64,000 nucleotides of DNA from Bacillota bacterium (lineage in GTDB: Bacteria; Bacillota; Clostridia; Christensenellales; CAG-138), in NCBI GenBank assembly GCA_023459335.1, contig JAEWUO010000013.1:47048-111047 (forward strand), written 5' to 3'. Under the pieces are notes generated by a model that did no database searches, was not told where the DNA came from, and saw nothing but the letters and a program-made list of their open reading frames with translations. This document shows, in pieces, positions 20,336-27,695 of the stretch. Positions within the stretch are counted from its first letter, which is position 1. Each line of letters opens with the position of its first letter. A program made the position numbers and the translations under genes.

Positions 20336-21229
20336 TTAGAATTCGACTGTGATCCAATACTTTTCAATCAGCCGGATCGGACGGTATTCCAATTTGGAGT
20401 AACGGAGCCGCTCCTCGCCGGAGTCGTCCTCGCGGTTGATGTAGAGCGTGTTTTTTTCTACCGCATATTTGGCGAACCACGATACGATTGCCTGATAGGA
20501 ACCCGCGTAATCCACGCGCGCTTTTTCCACGTGGCAGTACAGCGTATCGCCGACGACTTCTCCGATGGAGAGTGCGACGACGGTTCCCGCGACATCGATA
20601 TAGCCCGCTTTCTGCCCCAGCGCGAGGGAATCCGCGAGCAGTTCTTTTGCACGTTTCATCTCCTCCGCTTCGATGACCTTGTCGAGCGGCACGTGGTGCT
20701 CGTATTCGTCCAGAAACGCGACGGCGATGGGCAGCGTTTCCTCGGTGACGGGCACAAACTTCGCGCTCGGATTGTCCTTGCAGAAGCGGTTGAGGTGATT
20801 GCGCTGTGTGTGATATTTCTTTCCGGGGAAATTGACCAGGTCGCACGACTGGTAGAGATAATCCGCCCAGTCGCGTTCCGAGGAAACGGCGGCTTTCGCG
20901 CCGTAACGCGCCTCCAGCACGTCCTTTCCCTCCTCCGGTACGGCGCAGAATCGAAGCGGCATGCCGGTTTCTCTCGCATGCACTTCGATGGCGTCCAGCG
21001 CGGCGTTTAAATCGCCGCTGCCGATCGGATAGACGAAAAAAGTCCCGTCGCCCGGATAGGAGGCCAGCATGACCAGCATACCGGAAACGATTGTGTAAGT
21101 GGTGTGGAAATACGCGCGCCACTGGAACACGGCGCCGAGCGTATAGTCGCAGCTGCGAAACGGCTGAACGCTTAAATACGGGCGCAGCAGCGCGGCGTTT
21201 TCCAGCGTTATTTTAGAAAATTCCAACAT
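20336..21229 (-). CDS. DUF2156-domain protein (MprF C-terminal-like aminoacyl-phosphatidylglycerol synthase fold)
   Basis: 297 aa. The N-terminus ITLENAALLRPYLSVQPFRSCDYTLGAVFQWRAYF resembles stand-alone DUF2156 proteins. The assignment is from memory. Confidence 0.55.
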   Translation of the reverse strand: MLEFSKITLENAALLRPYLSVQPFRSCDYTLGAVFQWRAYFHTTYTIVSGMLVMLASYPGDGTFFVYPIGSGDLNAALDAIEVHARETGMPLRFCAVPEEGKDVLEARYGAKAAVSSERDWADYLYQSCDLVNFPGKKYHTQRNHLNRFCKDNPSAKFVPVTEETLPIAVAFLDEYEHHVPLDKVIEAEEMKRAKELLADSLALGQKAGYIDVAGTVVALSIGEVVGDTLYCHVEKARVDYAGSYQAIVSWFAKYAVEKNTLYINREDDSGEERLRYSKLEYRPIRLIEKYWITVEF

Positions 21230-21561
21230 ATATCCCCTGTATCTTTTTCACGTAAACCGGACGGTATCAGCCGCGCGCGGTTACGAGCCATTTAACTGTA
21301 TTATGATACCACGACTTGTTACCGCAGGCAATGTTCCGCGAATTCCGTATCCGTGACACAATTGCAACATTTTTGGGATTCCCTTCCAGCGGGTGAACTA
21401 AAAATCGGTCTGAAACACAAAAATACGACATAATACGATAAATAACCTAAAAACGTGATGGAAAATATGCTGGATCGTACAGAATACGACTCCACATTCA
21501 GAAGAAGTTGGCGTATAATATACGTACAAACGTTCGTATAATGCGAACAAAGGAGGGAATC

Positions 21562-21990
21562 ATGAAAGGCGATACGTTAACGTGCCTGCGCGCCGAGGCA
21601 AAGCGTCGGCTGCTCGGGTATCGGAGAAATCAGTCGCGCGCGTTCCGCGCGGCCGCGCTGCGCGAAGAAAGGGGTTCCATGCTCGGATGGCTGCGCGCAA
21701 TCAACGCGGCGCGGGCGTATTTCCGCGCGATCAACCCCGCAAAGGAACGGTTCATGTGCCGCCTGTTCGGGCTGGAAACGCCTTTGCCGCGCAGCCAGCC
21801 TGTCCGGGCGCGAATGATCCGGCTGAGTATGGAACTCAGCGTGTCGGAGTCCACGCTTTATAAATGGCGGGACGACATCCTAGAAATCGTTCTCTACGCG
21901 GCAATCGAATACGGCGTGGTCGCGCTGTTCGGGGCGGAGACGGAGACGGAGCGCGGCGGCAGGGTATGGCCGGAGACGGATCTCGATTGA
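21562..21990 (+). CDS. Small putative HTH regulator (sigma-70 region-4/ArpU-like)
   Basis: RBS AAAGGAGGG at 21550-21558, then ATG 21562. The C-terminal segment RMIRLSMELSVSESTLYKWRDDILEIV looks like a helix-turn-helix. The function is tentative. Confidence 0.45.
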   Translation: MKGDTLTCLRAEAKRRLLGYRRNQSRAFRAAALREERGSMLGWLRAINAARAYFRAINPAKERFMCRLFGLETPLPRSQPVRARMIRLSMELSVSESTLYKWRDDILEIVLYAAIEYGVVALFGAETETERGGRVWPETDLD

Positions 21991-22050
21991 CGCTGACGCT
22001 GCGCGGATGTTAGAATTCGAAAAGACCGCCGCTTACGATTCGGCGTGCGG

Positions 22051-22770
22051 ATGAATACAACAAAGATGCAGCGAGGATATGCCGTGGCAAACACCTTTCG
22101 CCTCCGGGCCGGCCGGTACGACGTGACCGTGACCAGAAAGCGCATGAAAAACCTCTACCTGCGCGTGCTGCCGCAAGGGGGCGGGCTGACGGTCAGCGCG
22201 CCGCTGCGCACGAGCGAGGCGGAGATTTCCCGATTCGTGCTCAGCCGCGAGGACTGGATCGAACGGCAGCTCGCGAAACAGTCGGCAGCGGGGCCGCGCC
22301 GTTATGAAGACGGGGAGGAAATTCCTTATTTCGGGAAACGGCTGACCCTTAGCGTCATCCCCGTCGCCGGAAGAAATGGCGCCATGTTAAGGGGCGACGC
22401 GCTGGAGCTTCGGATCAAGCAGGGCGCGGACGAAAAGGCGCGAAAAAAGCTGGTTGACGCCTGGTACCGCGCGGAGCTCTACGAAGCGGCGGGGACGATG
22501 CTGCCCGCCGTCGAGCGCACGGTCGGCAAGCGCGCGGGCGAACTGCGGGTGCGGGATATGAAAACCCGCTGGGGCACCTGCAACGTCAAGACGGCGAACG
22601 TGACGCTCAATCTCCGCCTTGCGGAGAAACCGGCGGAGTGCCTCAGGTATGTGCTGACCCACGAACTCTGCCACCTGCACGAGCCGGGGCACGGGGAACG
22701 GTTCTGGCGGCGGATGGATCTGTATTACCCGGACTGGAAACGCGTGCGAAAACTCCTGAAAACGAGATAG
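22051..22770 (+). CDS. YgjP-like (DUF45/M48-related) zinc metallopeptidase
   Basis: HELCHLHEPGHGERFW carries the HExxH motif in its characteristic C-terminal context. The start is ATG 22051 or GTG 22045. Confidence 0.75.
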   Translation: MNTTKMQRGYAVANTFRLRAGRYDVTVTRKRMKNLYLRVLPQGGGLTVSAPLRTSEAEISRFVLSREDWIERQLAKQSAAGPRRYEDGEEIPYFGKRLTLSVIPVAGRNGAMLRGDALELRIKQGADEKARKKLVDAWYRAELYEAAGTMLPAVERTVGKRAGELRVRDMKTRWGTCNVKTANVTLNLRLAEKPAECLRYVLTHELCHLHEPGHGERFWRRMDLYYPDWKRVRKLLKTR

Positions 22771-22773
22771 ACA

Positions 22774-22802
22774 CAAAGCCGGAGCTGTTCGCTCCGGCTT
22801 TG
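22774..22802. terminator. Bidirectional terminator between convergent genes
   Basis: CAAAGCCGGAGC-TGTTC-GCTCCGGCTTTG. Confidence 0.7.
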
Positions 22803-22818
22803 TTCACCGTCGTGGCAA

Positions 22819-23385
22819 TCAGGCCAGATTATTTTTCTGCAAAACCGGTATCATACGCCTCGCGATCAGCGCGGCGACGACGCTCTTTACAAGATCGCCC
22901 GGCACGAACACGAGGAAGCAGTACAGCACCGCCGTCCAGACGGAGACCCGGTTTCCGAGATAATAGTTGCTTAGAAAGTAGAAGTAAGTCGTACCCAGAA
23001 CGTAGACGGCGAGCAGGCCGGCGAGCGCCGCGCCCATCAGCCGCCAGAACGACGGCTGCGCCGCTTTGCGCGCGATCGCGCCCGTGACGAACGCTCCGGC
23101 GACGAAGCCGATCAGGTAGCCGAACGAGGGTTTGAGGACATAGCCGATGCCGCCCCCCTGCGTGAACACGGGGATGCCGACGAGCCCGACCGCGAGGTAA
23201 ACGAGCGCGCTCGCCGCGCCGAGCTTTCTGCCAAGCAGCATACCCGCGAGTACGATGAAAAACGTCTGCATCGTAAACGGCACGAGCGGCACGGGGATGC
23301 GGATAAACGCGCCGACCGCGATGAGCGCCGCGAACAGCGCGACGAGGATCATTTTATAGGTGCGGGATTTGGCGACGGGGTTCAT
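22819..23385 (-). CDS. bioY: Biotin transporter BioY (ECF S-component)
   Basis: 188 aa, 6 TM. Sequence FIRIPVPLVPFTMQTFFIVLAGMLLG...GIPVFTQGGGIGY. It lies downstream of birA on the same strand. Confidence 0.9.
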   Translation of the reverse strand: MNPVAKSRTYKMILVALFAALIAVGAFIRIPVPLVPFTMQTFFIVLAGMLLGRKLGAASALVYLAVGLVGIPVFTQGGGIGYVLKPSFGYLIGFVAGAFVTGAIARKAAQPSFWRLMGAALAGLLAVYVLGTTYFYFLSNYYLGNRVSVWTAVLYCFLVFVPGDLVKSVVAALIARRMIPVLQKNNLA

Positions 23386-23444
23386 CTGGGTTTTCTCCTT
23401 AAAATTGGAATCTAGTTTCGTTTATGCCTGCAGCGCAGCTGCAA

Positions 23445-24419
23445 CTAAAAAACCTTTACGCTGATTTCGCCGGAAGAGAGGGTTTCGCGCCTGCCATCGC
23501 CGTATTCCACGACAAGGCGGCACTTTTCGTCCACGTCCAGCGCGCGGGCGGGCGTTTCGCGCTCTCCGGCGAGCACGGTGACCATCTTCCCCAGCACGAA
23601 ACTTCGGCGGCGGTATTCCGCGTTGGTCTCCGCGCTGCCGAGGCTGCGGTAAAGCGGGAGAAAGCGGTTGAGGTACTCCGCGATCATGCGGTTTTTTCCG
23701 TCGGGGACGGAAGCGGGGAGCACGCTGCCCGCGACCGCGCGGATTTCCGCCGGAAAGCCGCCCGCGGGTTCGTATACGTTGATGCCGGAACCCAATATCG
23801 CGTAGTCGAACTGTCCGCTCTCCATGTCGAACGAACCTTCCGTCAGGATGCCGCAGATCTTTTTTCCGTCTAGGAACACGTCGTTGACCCACTTGATCGC
23901 GGCGGGTTTGCCGGAGAGGGCCTCCACCGCGCCGCAGACCGCGACCGCCGCGGTCGTGGTGATCAGCGTCGCGTCGTCCGGCGCGATTTTGGGTTTGAGC
24001 AGGAGGGAAACGTAGACGCCCGTGCCCTGCGGGGAATAGAAGCTCCGCCCCTTGCGCCCGCGCCCGCCGGTCTGTTGGGCGGCGATGACGACCGTCCCTT
24101 CCGGCGCGCCCTGATTCGCGAGCTCGCGCAAGACGAGGTTGGTGGAGTCCACGGAATCGTACACGCGGAGGTCGAGGGCTTGCGCTTCGCCGGTGAGGTA
24201 CTGGCGGATGCCGCTTGCGGAGAGCACGTCGCTTTCCGCCGCGAGGCAGTAACCGCGGTTGGGCACGGCCTGAATCGGGTAGCCGTCCGCTTGCAGGGCT
24301 TTGATCGCCTTCCAGACCGCATTTCGGCTCACGCCGAGGGCGCGGGCGATTTCCTCGCCGGAGAGGAAGGTGCTTTTGTTAGACTCCAGCAGTTGCTGGA
24401 GGTGGATTTGTACGGTCAT
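23445..24419 (-). CDS. birA: Bifunctional biotin-[acetyl-CoA-carboxylase] ligase / biotin operon repressor
   Basis: N-terminal wHTH (LSGEEIARALGVSRNAVWKAIKALQADGYPI), the ligase motif GGRGRKGRSF, and a C-terminal SH3-like domain. Confidence 0.95.
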   Translation of the reverse strand: MTVQIHLQQLLESNKSTFLSGEEIARALGVSRNAVWKAIKALQADGYPIQAVPNRGYCLAAESDVLSASGIRQYLTGEAQALDLRVYDSVDSTNLVLRELANQGAPEGTVVIAAQQTGGRGRKGRSFYSPQGTGVYVSLLLKPKIAPDDATLITTTAAVAVCGAVEALSGKPAAIKWVNDVFLDGKKICGILTEGSFDMESGQFDYAILGSGINVYEPAGGFPAEIRAVAGSVLPASVPDGKNRMIAEYLNRFLPLYRSLGSAETNAEYRRRSFVLGKMVTVLAGERETPARALDVDEKCRLVVEYGDGRRETLSSGEISVKVF

Positions 24420-24463
24420 GGGAGATTCTCCTTAGGGGGTAGTATAAGGGAGGGGAAAGGGAA

Positions 24464-24493
24464 TGTCAACCAATGTTACAATATTGGTTGACA
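24464..24493 (-). promoter_or_regulatory. BirA operator (bioO-type inverted repeat) upstream of birA-bioY
   Basis: TGTCAACC-N14-GGTTGACA is a perfect 8-bp inverted repeat, 45 nt upstream of the birA start. It matches the Firmicute BirA box TGTtAACC-N14-GGTTaACA as I recall it. Confidence 0.8.
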
Positions 24494-24513
24494 TATTTAC
24501 TTGGTTAAAATTG

Positions 24514-25584
24514 CTAATCATTTTCTATTTTTGACGCAGATTTAAGAGTGAAGTTTATCCAATTATGCTTATCTAGCTCATTCTCTATTATTGTATTTGC
24601 AACGAAGCTAGCTGCACCCACAGATTGTGCTATTATACCTACTGGAACATTACCTGTAAAATAGCCAATAAAGGATGCAGGAATCGACAATAGTGTAACA
24701 TATTTCGACCATCGTTTTATTTTCGGGAATCGCTGGTGCATTATCCTTGTTAAACGAGATTTCTGATTATCAAATTCAAACTTAATATCTTCAGGTGATA
24801 ATAAACCATCATTCTTGCTTTTTTTTATGATAATTCCTTCGACTTTTTCCTTAATTCTATGAACTTCGTCATAGTCTCGCCATTGTAAATACGTCTTGAT
24901 TTCATTCTCTGTGCTTGCCATGATTTCACCAAAGCACTTGTCTTTTAGTCGAGCACAAGTTTGACATTGTTCAGTTAAGAGTTTCACAGGAGACCAGAAG
25001 TCATCTGGTAAAATAGAGCTAAAAACATCAACCAATCCGTTGTATTTCATAGAAGTTTGTAATGAGGTGTTTAGTTTTGATATACCAAATTTCATATTAC
25101 ATAATTCGATGGAACTACTATCAAATAAACATTGGCAGTCAAGAGATTGAGATAAGAATAGGCTCGCATATACATATCTAATTCTTGGATAACAGAATTC
25201 ATTCTTACCAAATTTTAAGATCATGTGGTCTTTAGTGCTTGCACTTTGAGGATAGACCGTATGAAATAATCTAATGTCCTTATCAATTTCCGAATCGATC
25301 TTCTCCCATACGTCGTCAGTAAGAATTGTGAAAGAGTTGATTTTCTCTACTAAACCAGCGGAATCGAGCATTTCAACGATTAATTTTAAAACTTGTACAT
25401 TGTTTGAATCATATGTTCCTTTGGTATCATTGATTATCTTCCATATGTATTCAGGCAAAACGAGCTTATCAGCCCAAAGAAAGTAAGAGGGATGTAAGAA
25501 AAGATTCTCGTAATCAATATTGCATGGAGCGCAACTAGGATCAGGGTTACTTAAGGGTAGCCCTGTAATCAACATTTTGTTCAT
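24514..25584 (-). CDS. AT-rich orphan protein with C-terminal membrane hairpin, unknown function
   Basis: RBS GAGGTG sits 6 nt before ATG 25584 (MNKMLITGLPLSN). The protein is 356 aa with codon usage strikingly more AT-rich than its neighbours. It has a CQTCARLKDKC cysteine cluster and two C-terminal hydrophobic helices (VTLLSIPASFIGYF / VGIIAQSVGAASFVANTII). I recognise no family. Confidence 0.7.
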   Translation of the reverse strand: MNKMLITGLPLSNPDPSCAPCNIDYENLFLHPSYFLWADKLVLPEYIWKIINDTKGTYDSNNVQVLKLIVEMLDSAGLVEKINSFTILTDDVWEKIDSEIDKDIRLFHTVYPQSASTKDHMILKFGKNEFCYPRIRYVYASLFLSQSLDCQCLFDSSSIELCNMKFGISKLNTSLQTSMKYNGLVDVFSSILPDDFWSPVKLLTEQCQTCARLKDKCFGEIMASTENEIKTYLQWRDYDEVHRIKEKVEGIIIKKSKNDGLLSPEDIKFEFDNQKSRLTRIMHQRFPKIKRWSKYVTLLSIPASFIGYFTGNVPVGIIAQSVGAASFVANTIIENELDKHNWINFTLKSASKIEND

Positions 25585-25638
25585 ACAAGTCACCTCAAAA
25601 ACAGTATAAGACATTATACAATACTTTTTATGATAGTC

Positions 25639-25673
25639 AAAATATCACCCCCGCCGACAACCGCCAGCGGGGG
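25639..25673 (-). terminator. Terminator of the ABC operon (minus strand)
   Basis: On the minus strand, CCCCCGC-(12)-GCGGGGG is followed by TGATATTTT. It marks the GC-rich/AT-rich boundary. Confidence 0.55.
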
Positions 25674-25697
25674 CAACAAACATCCTTTTATGTAACC

Positions 25698-26552
25698 TTA
25701 TCTCTTTTTTCTGGAGAGATTCAGAATCGACAGCCCCAGGAACAGTATTCCCGATACGACCATAATTCCGATGCTCAAAATCGGCGTCACCTGCGTCTCC
25801 CCGATCTTGAACGACACCCCCATGAGCTCCTTGAAGTTCGTGACCACGCTTGCCGGCGCGCCCGCGAAGCTCGCCTTCAGCGCGTCCTCCATGATCACCT
25901 GCCGCAGCAATAATGCGCTGTGCGACGGCGGGAAGAGCTTGATGACCCACTGCACGCCGTTTGGCAGCTGCCCGATCGGGATATAGATGCCCGTCAGGAA
26001 GCCGATGACGGTGCCGATGATGGTGCTCGCGATGGAAAACGCGTTGTTGCTCTGGAAAAACGAAACGAAGAAGAGCACCAGCGCGGTGTTGGAAAACGTC
26101 GAGATCAGGATCAGCCCGAACACCTTTAACAACTGCATCCCGCCGAGCAGCGTTCCTCCGCCCGCGAGGATATACATTTCGCACAGTACGAGCGCAACAC
26201 AGCACATGATCACCCCGATGATGAACGCGCTGAGGATGTACCCGCCCGCGATGCTGACGCGCGCTAGCGGGGAGGAGCGGATGTCCTTGACGATCTTCTT
26301 GGATTTGTCCTCCACCATGGTGCCGAACGCGCCCATCGTGGTGGTCACCGAGGTGACCGCGATCAGCCCCGCGACGATCCAGCTGTCCATGATGAACCGC
26401 GCGCCGGAGATTCCCTCCATGCTGCTCGTCCAGACGTCGCCTAAAAACAGCGCGTACATGCCGATGATGATGAACACCGACAGCAGCGAGAAGAACACGG
26501 ACGCCTTATCTTTGAAGAAAACGAGGAGGTTGCGTTTCGTAAAATTAATCAT
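25698..26552 (-). CDS. ABC-2 type exporter permease
   Basis: 284 aa, 6 TM, with the ABC-2 family layout. It lies downstream of the ATPase gene. Confidence 0.85.
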   Translation of the reverse strand: MINFTKRNLLVFFKDKASVFFSLLSVFIIIGMYALFLGDVWTSSMEGISGARFIMDSWIVAGLIAVTSVTTTMGAFGTMVEDKSKKIVKDIRSSPLARVSIAGGYILSAFIIGVIMCCVALVLCEMYILAGGGTLLGGMQLLKVFGLILISTFSNTALVLFFVSFFQSNNAFSIASTIIGTVIGFLTGIYIPIGQLPNGVQWVIKLFPPSHSALLLRQVIMEDALKASFAGAPASVVTNFKELMGVSFKIGETQVTPILSIGIMVVSGILFLGLSILNLSRKKR

Positions 26553-26616
26553 ATGGAATCCTCCTCACAGGCGGCAGGATACAAACAAATCGGGAGACGG
26601 CGTGATTTTAAGCGGA

Positions 26617-27531
26617 TCATTCGCGAATCTCCTTTCCGGTGATGGCGATAAACGCGTCGTCCATCGTGCCCGTCGTGACCGTAAAGCCGGAGATCTCGTT
26701 CTTATGCTCCTCTAATATCGGCAGCGCGGCGAGCGTGTTGGCCACGGGAACCGTGACGCGGTTGGCGACGAGCGCGGGCGAGAACCCCTTTTCGGCGAGC
26801 TTCGCCGCGAGCGCATCCGGTTCTTTCGCCACCAGCGTGAGTTTGTCGCTCGTGTAGCGCTCCTTCAGGTCGGAGGGCGTGCCTTTTGCGACGATGCTTC
26901 CGTTGTCGATGACGATCACGAAATCCGCCTCCGCCGCTTCTTCCATGTAATGCGTTGTGAGGAAGATCGTCATGCCCGTGTCGCGCTGGAGTTTCGTGAT
27001 GGTTTCCCATACGCTCTTGCGCGTCTGCGGGTCGAGGCCGGTGGTCGGTTCGTCGAGAAACAGGATCTTCGGCGTGTTGACCAGCGCGCGGGCGATGTCG
27101 CAACGCCGCCGCTGACCGCCGGAGAGTTTCCCGTAGGGCCGCTTGAGAATTTCGACAATGCCGACGCGGGATGCGACGTCCCGGATCACGGTTTCGCGCG
27201 CTTTGCCGCTCAGGCCGTAAAATCCCGCGCGGATGCGGAGATTTTCCTGCACGGTGAGCAGCGGGTCGAGCAGGCCGTCCTGAAACACAGCGCCGATGCT
27301 CCGGCGGATGGCGTTGTCGTCTTTTCCGAGCGTATGCCCGTCCACGACGATCGTACCCGCGTCCGCCTGCAAAAAAGTGCAGATGATGTCGATGGTGGTG
27401 GATTTTCCCGCGCCGTTGGGGCCGAGGAACGCGAAGATTTTCCCGCTCTCCACGTAAAAATCGATCCCCTTGACCGCGTGTACCGCGCCGTACGATTTCT
27501 GCAGGCCGGCCACTTCGATGATGTGATCCAA
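26617..27531 (-). CDS. ABC transporter ATP-binding protein (DrrA/ABC-2 subfamily)
   Basis: Walker A GPNGAGKST, signature LSGGQRRR, Walker B ILFLDEPT. Confidence 0.95.
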   Translation of the reverse strand: MDHIIEVAGLQKSYGAVHAVKGIDFYVESGKIFAFLGPNGAGKSTTIDIICTFLQADAGTIVVDGHTLGKDDNAIRRSIGAVFQDGLLDPLLTVQENLRIRAGFYGLSGKARETVIRDVASRVGIVEILKRPYGKLSGGQRRRCDIARALVNTPKILFLDEPTTGLDPQTRKSVWETITKLQRDTGMTIFLTTHYMEEAAEADFVIVIDNGSIVAKGTPSDLKERYTSDKLTLVAKEPDALAAKLAEKGFSPALVANRVTVPVANTLAALPILEEHKNEISGFTVTTGTMDDAFIAITGKEIRE

Positions 27532-27643
27532 TTCGGATACCCCCTCTGTGAAAATTGCCTCACTGCAAGGTATGATACCATACCGGCGCGTGAAGGCAAT
27601 AGGGGTTGTGAAAATTCACTTGATTCGTCTTTTCAACTTGATT

Positions 27644-27673
27644 AAAAACCCCCGCCGTTCTGGACTGGCGGGG
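27644..27673 (-). terminator. Terminator after the PAS-GAF-GGDEF gene (minus strand)
   Basis: On the minus strand, CCCCGCC-(10)-GGCGGGGG is followed by TTTTT. Confidence 0.7.
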
Positions 27674-27695
27674 AAGAACACATTCTGTTTTTCGG

